Positions 12,331 to 24,498 of a DNA stretch of 64,000 bases are shown in pieces; the first letter of the stretch is position 1, and every line of letters begins with the position of its first letter. The translations under genes and the position numbers were made by a program. A model generated the notes under the pieces. The model saw nothing but the letters and a program-made list of their open reading frames with translations. It was not told where the DNA came from and did not search any database. The stretch comes from Malacoraja senta. Taxonomy: Eukaryota. The stretch covers positions 11,348,001-11,412,000 of the forward strand of contig CM075994.1 in the NCBI GenBank assembly GCA_038087875.1. Reading direction: 5' to 3'.

Positions 12331-13341
12331 CTACTTAATGAAGCCCACCGTCTTGGCCTCCTCGTCCAGCTCCTTCGCCTTCTTTGCGAAGTCCTCGCCA
12401 AAGAGTAGATTAGCCTGTTGCACTGTGCCAGGCTGGCAGAGTGATGCAAATTCGGGGTTGATAGTTGGCCTAGTCGCACTTTTGCGCAGGCAATTTATCT
12501 CAATGTGGGCACTGCACAGTAGCCCCAACACCTCTTGTTGCAAATTTGTCATGTCCTCACCATCAACCATTCTGGAAAAGATTGTTATGCTAGACCCCAG
12601 CAACTTTAAAATATGCTGCAACTTCATCTCCTGGGCTCTCATTGCTATGCCCATCTGGCCCCAAATCATCCTATTTACAACAGGAACTTTCAACAGGCCG
12701 CAGTTGACTGGGGCTTCATGTTTCCTGACAGTCTCGTCGATGGTCAGCTCCTGTAGCTGATATGAGACAAGGTAATTGATGCTGGTGGCGAGTTCCTCAC
12801 CCAGAGGCTCACCAGCTTCCGATGACATGGCAAACCGTGCTGCCAAAGGTGTCAACTCTGGCAGCTGCCTTTCTTCCCGTTCAAACTCGTCATCGGAGTC
12901 AGGGTCAGAGCTCATCTGCCGTTCTGTACTCACCTCTTGAAAGAGGGTGCCTTCAAGCAGCCCGCTACCAGGTGCTGCCGGCGGAGCCTTCCCCACGGCC
13001 TGCCGCCCACACAACACCTCCTGGAGTGTGCCTTTGTGGAGCAACTCCTGTATTACTTGCTCCATTTGGGATAACCGCTGGGTAACGGTATCCTGTCCCG
13101 GACGGGACTCTTCCTGGCACGACTCGGCTGAGTCAATGGGCCTGACAGACTTGGCTTTTGCCTTCCGCCCGACTGGCGTTGGCTGTGTACCTTGCTGGGT
13201 ACATTGGACTGCCAAGTCTGCAGCCGCTCCGCTCCCGGTTTGGGACTCCCCAGAGGTTACAGGCTGCCGTTCAGAGACTGCACTCCCGCAGCTCTCTCTC
13301 ACCTTGTCCGCAGCTCGCCTGCACCTCGTTGATTTTTCCAT
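12331..13341 (-). CDS. DIRS gag-like ORF1 (336 aa)
   Basis: Open frame upstream of RT with PVNCGLLKVPVVNRMIW and LLFGEDF motifs typical of vertebrate DIRS ORF1. Confidence 0.75.
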   Translation of the reverse strand: MEKSTRCRRAADKVRESCGSAVSERQPVTSGESQTGSGAAADLAVQCTQQGTQPTPVGRKAKAKSVRPIDSAESCQEESRPGQDTVTQRLSQMEQVIQELLHKGTLQEVLCGRQAVGKAPPAAPGSGLLEGTLFQEVSTERQMSSDPDSDDEFEREERQLPELTPLAARFAMSSEAGEPLGEELATSINYLVSYQLQELTIDETVRKHEAPVNCGLLKVPVVNRMIWGQMGIAMRAQEMKLQHILKLLGSSITIFSRMVDGEDMTNLQQEVLGLLCSAHIEINCLRKSATRPTINPEFASLCQPGTVQQANLLFGEDFAKKAKELDEEAKTVGFIK

Positions 13342-14001
13342 GCTCCTGTAAATTTTTTAATATTTTTAGGGACAAAAAATACAGCAGCACTTTATTCTCC
13401 GAACTAACTCCTCCAATCGGATGAGCCGTGACGCGCAAGTCTAAAGCACCCACGACATCCGATACCAATACCACGTCCGTCCGTGAGTCTCCCCTGCTCC
13501 TCATTTTACCATAAGCTCTCTCCGCTTAGTAGATTCGGTCATCCAGTCCACTATGGAACTGCAAATATGCAGATGTTCCAATGAGATTTCATTGACCTGA
13601 AACGCTTTCTCTGATGCACTCTCCTCGCATATTGCATGACATGCGAGTATTCTCATTGGTTTCCCTTTTCACTCAAGAACCAGTGTTCCCACTGAACATT
13701 GGACGAACACGTCCACTTCCCAAACCCCCGCTCTCCCACGCGCACACAAACGGACTAACACATCTTAAGTTGGTGTGAAAAATAATTTGTGTTAAAATAA
13801 ACAAACATTTTCTGAAATATTTATTTCAAGTAAAACAAATTGCGAAATAGTGCCTGTGATTTGGATATGCTTTTTCGGGATACGACTATATATGGCAATG
13901 ATATAAACAGGAAAAACGCGAATATATTACCCATTACAAATTTAGGTCTGTGCATCGTAAATTAAAATTCCAGTTGAATGTGCATATGTCCCCTGAGTTT
14001 A

Positions 14002-14906
14002 TCAAGCTGTATCTTTTACCAATAATTTAGAAAGTAAAACAAGAGGCAGTTTAATCATTTTCTTCATTTCATCTCTGCAGTTTCGTTGAGACGCAGCATA
14101 AATGAACGTGTTTGGACAAGTGCTTAAAACTCTTAACTGGAATCCAGTTTCTTCTGCAACGGCGAATGATCTCTGTAATCAGATTTCATCAGTTGATTAT
14201 CGGTAAAATGTAGAGCAACAAAGCAAGCAAAATTTACCGTCCACAATAGAAGGAAACTACCAGATATCGCGAGTAGTAAAATTAGCGATTCTCAATTTCT
14301 TGAACCATCCGGCACTTCTCAATTTCGTTTCCCCGTAGTTTGTTTCTGATTCTGTTCGCCCGTATAATATGACTTATTGTTAAGGCGTTGAACAGAAAGA
14401 TCAATACAAATGGTAGAAATGGTGTTAAGATGGTCTATAACTATAAGAATGCAGCCCAGATAGGTACATTATAGAAGCTTGATTTTGCAGTGCAGTGCCA
14501 GGGCACATTGTCAATTATTTCACGTGGTTCAAGTAAGAAGAAAACCGGCATATTTTCAACAATGCATAATAAACAAACGATCGTTATAACCATTGTTGAA
14601 TTTTTTTCCGTGCAGTACTTAGTTTTTAACGACTGACAACAAATAGAAACAAATCGATCAAAGGTAAACGAAACAGTCAACCAAACGGTACAATCAATAA
14701 CAATATAAATCAAGGTCATATTGAGACGGCAGATTGGAGTGTAATCTAGGACTGGACGTGGAAAAACGCATCATTAATCTCAAAAAGTATTGGACCAAAT
14801 ATCAGATGCGATAGGTTAGCTGCCGCCATCCATACTAGATATCGGGTGATGCATATGGAGAGCCCACACTTTCCGGTGGACAGGATGGAGATGGTCAATA
14901 TATTAG
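14002..14906 (-). pseudogene. GPR139/GPR142-like class A GPCR pseudogene, main coding exon (copy 1)
   Basis: Acceptor ctttgcag, then NILTISILSTGKCGLSICITRYLVWMAAANL, VWLTVSFTFDRFVSIC..KYCTEK, LTPFLPFVLIFLFNALT, STCPNTFIYA. Several stops and frameshifts; first exon not identified. Confidence 0.85.
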
Positions 14907-15649
14907 CTGCAAAGAATAAAGGGAATTGCATTAAAACGTATCTTGTAAATTGTCTTTCTTCCACATGTTGCATTATTTCCATTGCTCATTTATCCACAGT
15001 TTTTAATTCAATCTATGGAATGAATAATAATCAGGATACGGTTTCTAACTCGTGCCTATTATCCATAATTTATGCACGAAATGGGGCATACACGAAATGC
15101 ACGAAATGGGGGCTATTACTGTAACCAGCTTTTAGGGATTTTTGGTTATCTTTCAAATTTCCTCTGGAGCAACAATAACTGTGCTGGCGTGATTCAACTG
15201 TGAGAATGATTAGATTGATGAGGACAGTGGTCGGTACGCATTAAGAATTTTTATCACAGGTCACGTTGTGATTTAGCTGCAGATTAATTTCAGACGTTAA
15301 AGCTGCGGGTTTCAGAAAATATTATACTGTCGTTTATATTTAGTACCAGTTTATTTTTATGCTTAAACTATCCTGGTATGTTCTCACTTTGTTATAACAC
15401 AGTAACAACTACCAGGTATGTTTTCTTAACAGAAACCAAACAATTGCTGTACAACAAATCGTTATGGAGGCCTTTGAGCAATTATGCAAGTATAATCGAG
15501 AAATAAGTGTAAGAAATGTGCTTAGTGAATGTAAGGTTACATGGTTATCACAACATTGATGTCCGCCGTCGCTGATATTACCAGATAACGGTGGCCGTAT
15601 TTGAAAATAAAACTTAAATTTCGCCATGGAGAAATTTATTTGATTATCT

Positions 15650-16760
15650 ATTTTTTAAATATTTTATTTATTAGAAGTAATGTACATGACAGTGATATAA
15701 GCCAAAAATAACATAATACATTTCCTGTACCACTTCTTGTTTTAAACTTTAAAAATAAGAAAAATAGAGAGTTAGATAAGATAGTAAGTGCGTGAAAGAG
15801 TGATCAGGAGAAACCCGTAGAAACGTAAAACACGAGAAAGAGTTAAAAAGAAAACCAAAGAAAAAGAAAGAGAAAAATAGAGAACAGAAGATATAAGAAA
15901 GTAAAATAAGACAAAAGGGATGTACCTACTTCGTATCTTTACACACACCCTCACCAGTTCCAGAAACCATTTATTTTCAAAGTTATGTTGCACCCTATGC
16001 TTGTAATAAGTCGATAAATGGAGACCAAATCTTTTGGAAATGGTCTGATTTGCATGCTAGGAGGAATCTCATGTCTTCCAGGTGTAACATTTCGGACATA
16101 TCTGAAATCCACATTTTTATCGTTGGTGTGGGAGAGTTTTTCCAGAATTTAAGTATGTCTTTTTGCCATTATTAAGCCGTAATTAAGGAAGCTCTTTTGG
16201 AACGAAGTCAGCTCAAAGCTGGCTTCCATTGTTCCAAAAATAAAAAATACTGCGTTCCGATTCAGTTTTATTTTAAATAATTTTGTAAACATTTCAAAGA
16301 TTTCATTCCAAAATGTTTGGATTTTTATACAAAAAACAATGGAATGTGCTATAGTTACTTCTTGGGATAGACATTTATCACAGATGGGGAGACATTTGGA
16401 AAAAAGTTACTTCTTGTAGTTTTTGAGTAATATAGTCTATGTAAAGTTTTAAATTGGATTAGAATATGTCTTACATTGATCGAGCATTTGTGCACATATA
16501 GCAAGTGTTTATCCCAACTCTCTTTCGAGATTTTTATAGCTAGTTCTTGTTCCCAATCTCTTCTAATTCTATCGGATGATGGCATTTCTATATTTAGGAT
16601 GATATTATACAAGTATGATATTAAATTAGTTGATTCCGCCTTTATATTCATTGCTTCGTCTAATAGGTCTGGAGACAAATTTTGATATTCTTGTGTATAT
16701 TTTTTCAAATAGTCACGGATTTGAAAATATTTAAAATATTGATTAATATTGATCACTCCT
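15650..16760 (-). mobile_element. L1-clade LINE 3' fragment (ORF2 C-terminal zinc-finger region, 3' UTR, A-rich tail), copy 1
   Basis: YFKYFQIRDYL...WEQEL...SINVRHILIQFKTLHRLY...CDKC; aataaa and an A-rich tail near 15650. Confidence 0.8.
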
Positions 16761-17346
16761 TTTATTTGATCGTGATAAAATGACAGTTGTGATTTTGACA
16801 CCAAAAATAGTTTGTTGTATTTTTTTTATCCTGCAATCGATTCCCCAATAATTCAAAAACCTTTTGCATTTCTGGCAGTAATTTTTGCAGATCTGTGTCA
16901 AACAGTAATATTACATTGTATATTATATCTATGTTTCGTCAAACTGGAACTACAAATCAGTGCCAAAAGGATAGCTTCCGTATTCAGGGCAATTAAGCTG
17001 AATGGTTAGCATTTGAAATAAAATGCTTGACGAAATTAATCGCATCCAGTAAATCTCCCCATTTAACGTCGACACTGCTCATTAGGGAATAACGTCCATC
17101 TCGTTTTGAGCGCAGCAAAATACACTTTTATGACACAAAACAAATAGCTGTATGTGGGACTATTCCCTACCTTCGTTGACTTTATCGACATGATAAACTT
17201 TATCGGTGGGGGCGCTGCAAGCCGGCAACCCTGTCAGCAGCGTGGTAGTCTTTTCAGCTTTTGTTTCTTTTTTAAGTGTGTTTTAATGTATGTTTTTAAT
17301 GTTTCTTTGTGTGTCTTGTGTGGGGGGTGGTGTGGGGGTGGGGTGG

Positions 17347-18208
17347 TGTAGATGAGATATGCATGTGCCTTTAACACAGTGACCTCATACCTACTAACCA
17401 CTCCCTATATCACAAGTATAACTACAACCTCCCCACCCACAGATCGCTCTCTAGTTCCTGTGACAGACCACGTACAGCTAGTGCAATGTATAATGATCCA
17501 GTATGAATAAAGATAGTAAAGTAACGATGCCTCGTTATCAATCCTTTACATGGTGCCAAATAACTTACCTTGCGCCTCCTGTTTATCGGTTTATCATTTA
17601 ATTTTGACCCAGTTTTTTGTTTCCCCCCACCTGTTTCTTGTTATGGCCTCTTCTGCCCGTAAGCCCGATGTGCTCGTTTTTGATTTCGACATCGCCCTTC
17701 GATGGGACATATTCAAACGTGACTTTGAACACTATTTCACGATTGCCCATCCTGGCGCCACCCCCGCTCTCAAAGCCTCCCTGCTTCTCAACTTGGCTGG
17801 TCCCGACGCCTTGACTCGCTCTGACTTCTTCGTCTACGCTGCTGGAGAAACAGCTCGGGACCCGGTATGTCTGTTGGCTAAGTTTGACGCTATTTGTGAC
17901 ATTCCGACTAATTGCATCTTAGAACGTTTTAAACTGTTAGCGCGGCGTCAGCTCCCTGGGGAATCTGCTGAGAACTATGTCATTGCGCTGCGGGACCTGG
18001 GCAGGCGCTGCCGCCTCGACACGTGGACCCCCGATAATGTCATCAGGGACCTACTGGTTTACGGTCTCCGTGATGAGAAGCTCAGGTCCGAACTTCTTCG
18101 CAAGCCGGATCTGACCTTGGCCGATGCCATGCACGCTACTCGCTTAGCTGACGCTGTTTCCTCGGCGGCGCCGCCGGCTGAGCAGGCGATCAACTTTGCC
18201 AGCACTCC
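17347..18208 (+). mobile_element. Truncated duplicate of the Gypsy 5' end (LTR 17347-17550, PBS, 5' gag)
   Basis: Matches 22019-22880 and is cut by the duplication junction. Confidence 0.93.
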
Positions 18209-18673
18209 GGTCATCCAGTCCACTATGGAACTGCAAATATGCAGATGTTCCAATGAGATTTCATTGACCTGAAACGCTTTCTCTGATGCACTCTCCTCGC
18301 ATATTGCATGACATGCGAGTATTCTCATTGGTTTCCCTTTTCACTCAAGAACCAGTGTTCCCACTGAACATTGGACGAACACGTCCACTTCCCAAACCCC
18401 CGCTCTCCCACGCGCACACAAACGGACTAACACATCTTAAGTTGGTGTGAAAAATAATTTGTGTTAAAATAAACAAACATTTTCTGAAATATTTATTTCA
18501 AGTAAAACAAATTGCGAAATAGTGCCTGTGATTTGGATATGCTTTTTCGGGATACGACTATATATGGCAATGATATAAACAGGAAAAACGCGAATATATT
18601 ACCCATTACAAATTTAGGTCTGTGCATCGTAAATTAAAATTCCAGTTGAATGTGCTTATGTCCCCTGAGTTTA

Positions 18674-19578
18674 TCAAGCTGTATCTTTTACCAATAATTT
18701 AGAAAGTAAAACAAGAGGCAGTTTAATCATTTTCTTCATTTCATCTCTGCAGTTTCGTTGAGACGCAGCATAAATGAACGTGTTTGGACAAGTGCTTAAA
18801 ACTCTTAACTGGAATCCAGTTTCTTCTGCAACGGCGAATGATCTCTGTAATCAGATTTCATCAGTTGATTATCGGTAAAATGTAGAGCAACAAAGCAAGC
18901 AAAATTTACCGTCCACAATAGAAGGAAACTACCAGATATCGCGAGTAGTAAAATTAGCGATTCTCAATTTCTTGAACCATCCGGCACTTCTCAATTTCGT
19001 TTCCCCGTAGTTTGTTTCTGATTCTGTTCGCCCGTATAATATGACTTATTGTTAAGGCGTTGAACAGAAAGATCAATACAAATGGTAGAAATGGTGTTAA
19101 GATGGTCTATAACTATAAGAATGCAGCCCAGATAGGTACATTATAGAAGCTTGATTTTGCAGTGCAGTGCCAGGGCACATTGTCAATTATTTCACGTGGT
19201 TCAAGTAAGAAGAAAACCGGCATATTTTCAACAATGCATAATAAACAAACGATCGTTATAACCATTGTTGAATTTTTTTCCGTGCAGTACTTAGTTTTTA
19301 ACGACTGACAACAAATAGAAACAAATCGATCAAAGGTAAACGAAACAGTCAACCAAACGGTACAATCAATAACAATATAAATCAAGGTCATATTGAGACG
19401 GCAGATTGGAGTGTAATCTAGGACTGGACGTGGAAAAACGCATCATTAATCTCAAAAAGTATTGGACCAAATATCAGATGCGATAGGTTAGCTGCCGCCA
19501 TCCATACTAGATATCGGGTGATGCATATGGAGAGCCCACACTTTCCGGTGGACAGGATGGAGATGGTCAATATATTAG
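18674..19578 (-). pseudogene. GPR139-like GPCR pseudogene (copy 2)
   Basis: Duplicate of 14002-14906 with the same lesions. Confidence 0.85.
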
Positions 19579-20321
19579 CTGCAAAGAATAAAGGGAATTG
19601 CATTAAAACGTATCTTGTAAATTGTCTTTCTTCCACATGTTGCATTATTTCCATTGCTCATTTATCCACAGTTTTTAATTCAATCTATGGAATGAATAAT
19701 AATCAGGATACGGTTTCTAACTCGTGCCTATTATCCATAATTTATGCACGAAATGGGGCATACACGAAATGCACGAAATGGGGGCTATTACTGTAACCAG
19801 CTTTTAGGGATTTTTGGTTATCTTTCAAATTTCCTCTGGAGCAACAATAACTGTGCTGGCGTGATTCAACTGTGAGAATGATTAGATTGATGAGGACAGT
19901 GGTCGGTACGCATTAAGAATTTTTATCACAGGTCACGTTGTGATTTAGCTGCAGATTAATTTCAGACGTTAAAGCTGCGGGTTTCAGAAAATATTATACT
20001 GTCGTTTATATTTAGTACCAGTTTATTTTTATGCTTAAACTATCCTGGTATGTTCTCACTTTGTTATAACACAGTAACAACTACCAGGTATGTTTTCTTA
20101 ACAGAAACCAAACAATTGCTGTACAACAAATCGTTATGGAGGCCTTTGAGCAATTATGCAAGTATAATCGAGAAATAAGTGTAAGAAATGTGCTTAGTGA
20201 ATGTAAGGTTACATGGTTATCACAACATTGATGTCCGCCGTCGCTGATATTACCAGATAACGGTGGCCGTATTTGAAAATAAAACTTAAATTTCGCCATG
20301 GAGAAATTTATTTGATTATCT

Positions 20322-21432
20322 ATTTTTTAAATATTTTATTTATTAGAAGTAATGTACATGACAGTGATATAAGCCAAAAATAACATAATACATTTCCTGT
20401 ACCACTTCTTGTTTTAAACTTTAAAAATAAGAAAAATAGAGAGTTAGATAAGATAGTAAGTGCGTGAAAGAGTGATCAGGAGAAACCCGTAGAAACGTAA
20501 AACACGAGAAAGAGTTAAAAAGAAAACCAAAGAAAAAGAAAGAGAAAAATAGAGAACAGAAGATATAAGAAAGTAAAATAAGACAAAAGGGATGTACCTA
20601 CTTCGTATCTTTACACACACCCTCACCAGTTCCAGAAACCATTTATTTTCAAAGTTATGTTGCACCCTATGCTTGTAATAAGTCGATAAATGGAGACCAA
20701 ATCTTTTGGAAATGGTCTGATTTGCATGCTAGGAGGAATCTCATGTCTTCCAGGTGTAACATTTCGGACATATCTGAAATCCACATTTTTATCGTTGGTG
20801 TGGGAGAGTTTTTCCAGAATTTAAGTATGTCTTTTTGCCATTATTAAGCCGTAATTAAGGAAGCTCTTTTGGAACGAAGTCAGCTCAAAGCTGGCTTCCA
20901 TTGTTCCAAAAATAAAAAATACTGCGTTCCGATTCAGTTTTATTTTAAATAATTTTGTAAACATTTCAAAGATTTCATTCCAAAATGTTTGGATTTTTAT
21001 ACAAAAAACAATGGAATGTGCTATAGTTACTTCTTGGGATAGACATTTATCACAGATGGGGAGACATTTGGAAAAAAGTTACTTCTTGTAGTTTTTGAGT
21101 AATATAGTCTATGTAAAGTTTTAAATTGGATTAGAATATGTCTTACATTGATCGAGCATTTGTGCACATATAGCAAGTGTTTATCCCAACTCTCTTTCGA
21201 GATTTTTATAGCTAGTTCTTGTTCCCAATCTCTTCTAATTCTATCGGATGATGGCATTTCTATATTTAGGATGATATTATACAAGTATGATATTAAATTA
21301 GTTGATTCCGCCTTTATATTCATTGCTTCGTCTAATAGGTCTGGAGACAAATTTTGATATTCTTGTGTATATTTTTTCAAATAGTCACGGATTTGAAAAT
21401 ATTTAAAATATTGATTAATATTGATCACTCCT
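20322..21432 (-). mobile_element. L1-clade LINE 3' fragment, copy 2
   Basis: Duplicate of 15650-16760. Confidence 0.8.
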
Positions 21433-22314
21433 TTTATTTGATCGTGATAAAATGACAGTTGTGATTTTGACACCAAAAATAGTTTGTTGTATTTTTTTTA
21501 TCCTGCAATCGATTCCCCAATAATTCAAAAACCTTTTGCATTTCTGGCAGTAATTTTTGCAGATCTGTGTCAAACAGTAATATTACATTGTATATTATAT
21601 CTATGTTTCGTCAAACTGGAACTACAAATCAGTGCCAAAAGGATAGCTTCCGTATTCAGGGCAATTAAGCTGAATGGTTAGCATTTGAAATAAAATGCTT
21701 GACGAAATTAATCGCATCCAGTAAATCTCCCCATTTAACGTCGACACTGCTCATTAGGGAATAACGTCCATCTCGTTTTGAGCGCAGCAAAATACACTTT
21801 TATGACACAAAACAAATAGCTGTATGTGGGACTATTCCCTACCTTCGTTGACTTTATCGACATGATAAACTTTATCGGTGGGGGCGCTGCAAGCCGGCAA
21901 CCCTGTCAGCAGCGTGGTAGTCTTTTCAGCTTTTGTTTCTTTTTTAAGTGTGTTTTAATGTATGTTTTTAATGTTTCTTTGTGTGTCTTGTGTGGGGGGT
22001 GGTGTGGGGGTGGGGTGGTGTAGATGAGATATGCATGTGCCTTTAACACAGTGACCTCATACCTACTAACCACTCCCTATATCACAAGTATAACTACAAC
22101 CTCCCCACCCACAGATCGCTCTCTAGTTCCTGTGACAGACCACGTACAGCTAGTGCAATGTATAATGATCCAGTATGAATAAAGATAGTAAAGTAACGAT
22201 GCCTCGTTATCAATCCTTTACATGGTGCCAAATAACTTACCTTGCGCCTCCTGTTTATCGGTTTATCATTTAATTTTGACCCAGTTTTTTGTTTCCCCCC
22301 ACCTGTTTCTTGTT

Positions 22315-24498
22315 ATGGCCTCTTCTGCCCGTAAGCCCGATGTGCTCGTTTTTGATTTCGACATCGCCCTTCGATGGGACATATTCAAACGTGACTTTGA
22401 ACACTATTTCACGATTGCCCATCCTGGCGCCACCCCCGCTCTCAAAGCCTCCCTGCTTCTCAACTTGGCTGGTCCCGACGCCTTGACTCGCTCTGACTTC
22501 TTCGTCTACGCTGCTGGAGAAACAGCTCGGGACCCGGTATGTCTGTTGGCTAAGTTTGACGCTATTTGTGACATTCCGACTAATTGCATCTTAGAACGTT
22601 TTAAACTGTTAGCGCGGCGTCAGCTCCCTGGGGAATCTGCTGAGAACTATGTCATTGCGCTGCGGGACCTGGGCAGGCGCTGCCGCCTCGACACGTGGAC
22701 CCCCGATAATGTCATCAGGGACCTACTGGTTTACGGTCTCCGTGATGAGAAGCTCAGGTCCGAACTTCTTCGCAAGCCGGATCTGACCTTGGCCGATGCC
22801 ATGCACGCTACTCGCTTAGCTGACGCTGTTTCCTCGGCGGCGCCGCCGGCTGAGCAGGCGATCAACTTTGCCAGCACTCCTAGTTATCTCATGAACACAC
22901 CCCAGTCGCGACCCCCGGGGTCGCTCGCTGCTCGAGGGGGACGCGCCCCGGGGTTCGGTGCTGCTACAAGGGGAGGTACCCAGCAAAGGTGCCCTAATTG
23001 CAACTTCACAACTCATCAGTTCAATGTATGCCCTGCTTTAGGTAAGACTTGCAATGCCTGCAATAAGTTGAACCATTTTGCTGCAGCTTGTCGTTCCCGT
23101 GGGAAGCCTGTCGCTGCTCGAAGGCAAAATTTAAACAACCTTCTACAGTCTGATAATGAGCTCAGCTCCCAGTACTATTCCGATGAACATTCTGTTCCTA
23201 CATCTAACTCCTCTCGGGGGGAGACCAGCTTGTTTACCGTGTTGGACGCACCTGCTATGATAACGGATCCTTCTGTGCAAGTCACTGTGAACAACTCGAC
23301 CTTCACTGCCAAAATCGACACTGGGGCGGTAACCAATGTTATGTCAACATCCCTTTTCAACCAGATAAGAACTAATGAGCAGATATTTTCTCAGAGCTCA
23401 AACCTGCATGCCTACGGTGGGGAGATCCTTACTCCTGTGGGCAAGGCCACACTACACTGTAAGATACTGGAGACCACTCGGCCCCTCACCTTCTTTCTCC
23501 TCAATCGAAAATGCATTCCCCTGCTGGGGATCCAGGCATGCCAGGAAATGGGACTGGTGTCCTTCCACCGGGACATCCACCAGGTGCAGGCTCTTATGGA
23601 CCCGCTGGCCGATTATCCCGACCGCTTTGATGATAAGCTAGGCAAACTACCCTGCAGCTACAAGATTGAAGTGGACCATAAGATCGTTCCTGTGGTCCAT
23701 GCTCCTCACCGTATCTCCTTCGCCATGAGGGACAAAGTGGAGGCGACCCTACACAGTATGGTACAAATGGGCGTCCTAAAGGCGGTCGTCGAGCCCACCA
23801 GCTGGGTCTCTTCCATGGTTGTTGCTGCTAAAAAGGACATGAGTGAGATACGCATCTGCATCAACCCCAGAGACCTCAACCTGGCCATTCGACGCCCTCA
23901 CTACCCTATGAGAACGGTGGAAGACGTCGCTGCACAGGTTGGTCCAGCAACGGTTTTTTCGGTCCTCGATGCCAAAAGCTCATTCTGGCAGATACCACTG
24001 GACGAACGGTCGTCCATTTTGACAACTTTCGCCACCCCCTACGGAAGGTTTCGGTTCCTCCGAATGCCCTTCGGTATCAACTCTGCCAGCGAGGTATTCC
24101 AGCGAACCATGGAACAGTTGTTTTCAGATCTGCCTTGCGCCATAATTGTTGACGACATCCTCGTTTACGGTAAGGACGTTGCCGAACACGATGTCAACCT
24201 CCGCCTGATCCTGGACCGGGCCAGGCAAATCAACTTGAAACTGAACCCCAAGAAGTGCCGATTCCGCGTCTCGGAGGTCACCTATGTTGGACATGTATTC
24301 ACCGCTGAGGGGCTAAAGCCAGACCCGCAGAAAACGGCTGCCATCTCAGGGATGCCCCCTCCCACTAACGTGGCAGGCCTGCAACGCTTCCTCGGCTTGG
24401 TAAACTACCTGGGGAAGTTCATCCCCGACCTCAGCGAGCTCAGCGCTCCCCTGAGGGATCTGATCAAAAAGGTTACCCAATCATCAGAAGGCATTTGA
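22315..24498 (+). CDS. Gypsy Gag-protease-RT polyprotein; frame breaks before RNase H
   Basis: Two CCHC knuckles (CPNC..H..C, CNAC..H..C), protease KIDTGA, RT LDAKSSFWQI, RMPFG, IVDD. Confidence 0.92.
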   Translation: MASSARKPDVLVFDFDIALRWDIFKRDFEHYFTIAHPGATPALKASLLLNLAGPDALTRSDFFVYAAGETARDPVCLLAKFDAICDIPTNCILERFKLLARRQLPGESAENYVIALRDLGRRCRLDTWTPDNVIRDLLVYGLRDEKLRSELLRKPDLTLADAMHATRLADAVSSAAPPAEQAINFASTPSYLMNTPQSRPPGSLAARGGRAPGFGAATRGGTQQRCPNCNFTTHQFNVCPALGKTCNACNKLNHFAAACRSRGKPVAARRQNLNNLLQSDNELSSQYYSDEHSVPTSNSSRGETSLFTVLDAPAMITDPSVQVTVNNSTFTAKIDTGAVTNVMSTSLFNQIRTNEQIFSQSSNLHAYGGEILTPVGKATLHCKILETTRPLTFFLLNRKCIPLLGIQACQEMGLVSFHRDIHQVQALMDPLADYPDRFDDKLGKLPCSYKIEVDHKIVPVVHAPHRISFAMRDKVEATLHSMVQMGVLKAVVEPTSWVSSMVVAAKKDMSEIRICINPRDLNLAIRRPHYPMRTVEDVAAQVGPATVFSVLDAKSSFWQIPLDERSSILTTFATPYGRFRFLRMPFGINSASEVFQRTMEQLFSDLPCAIIVDDILVYGKDVAEHDVNLRLILDRARQINLKLNPKKCRFRVSEVTYVGHVFTAEGLKPDPQKTAAISGMPPPTNVAGLQRFLGLVNYLGKFIPDLSELSAPLRDLIKKVTQSSEGI

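Larger units (their letters stand above)
8707..13502 (-). mobile_element. DIRS1-like tyrosine-recombinase retrotransposon; right terminal repeat and ICR present, left terminus missing, coding regions decayed
   Basis: Order on the minus strand is gag, RT, RNase H, methyltransferase-like region, YR. Terminal inverted complement 8707-8784 / 8930-9006. Confidence 0.92.
13536..22880. repeat. Direct tandem duplication with a 4,672-bp unit (13536-18207, 18208-22880)
   Basis: All ORFs recur at an offset of 4672 (14441/19113, 16355/21027, 17550/22222); junction agcactcC|ggtcatcc. Confidence 0.97.

Noticed and set aside
24140..24170. RT motif IVDD instead of YxDD as an inactivating change
   Set aside because: Both Gypsy elements share AIIVDDILVYG, so it is a family trait.
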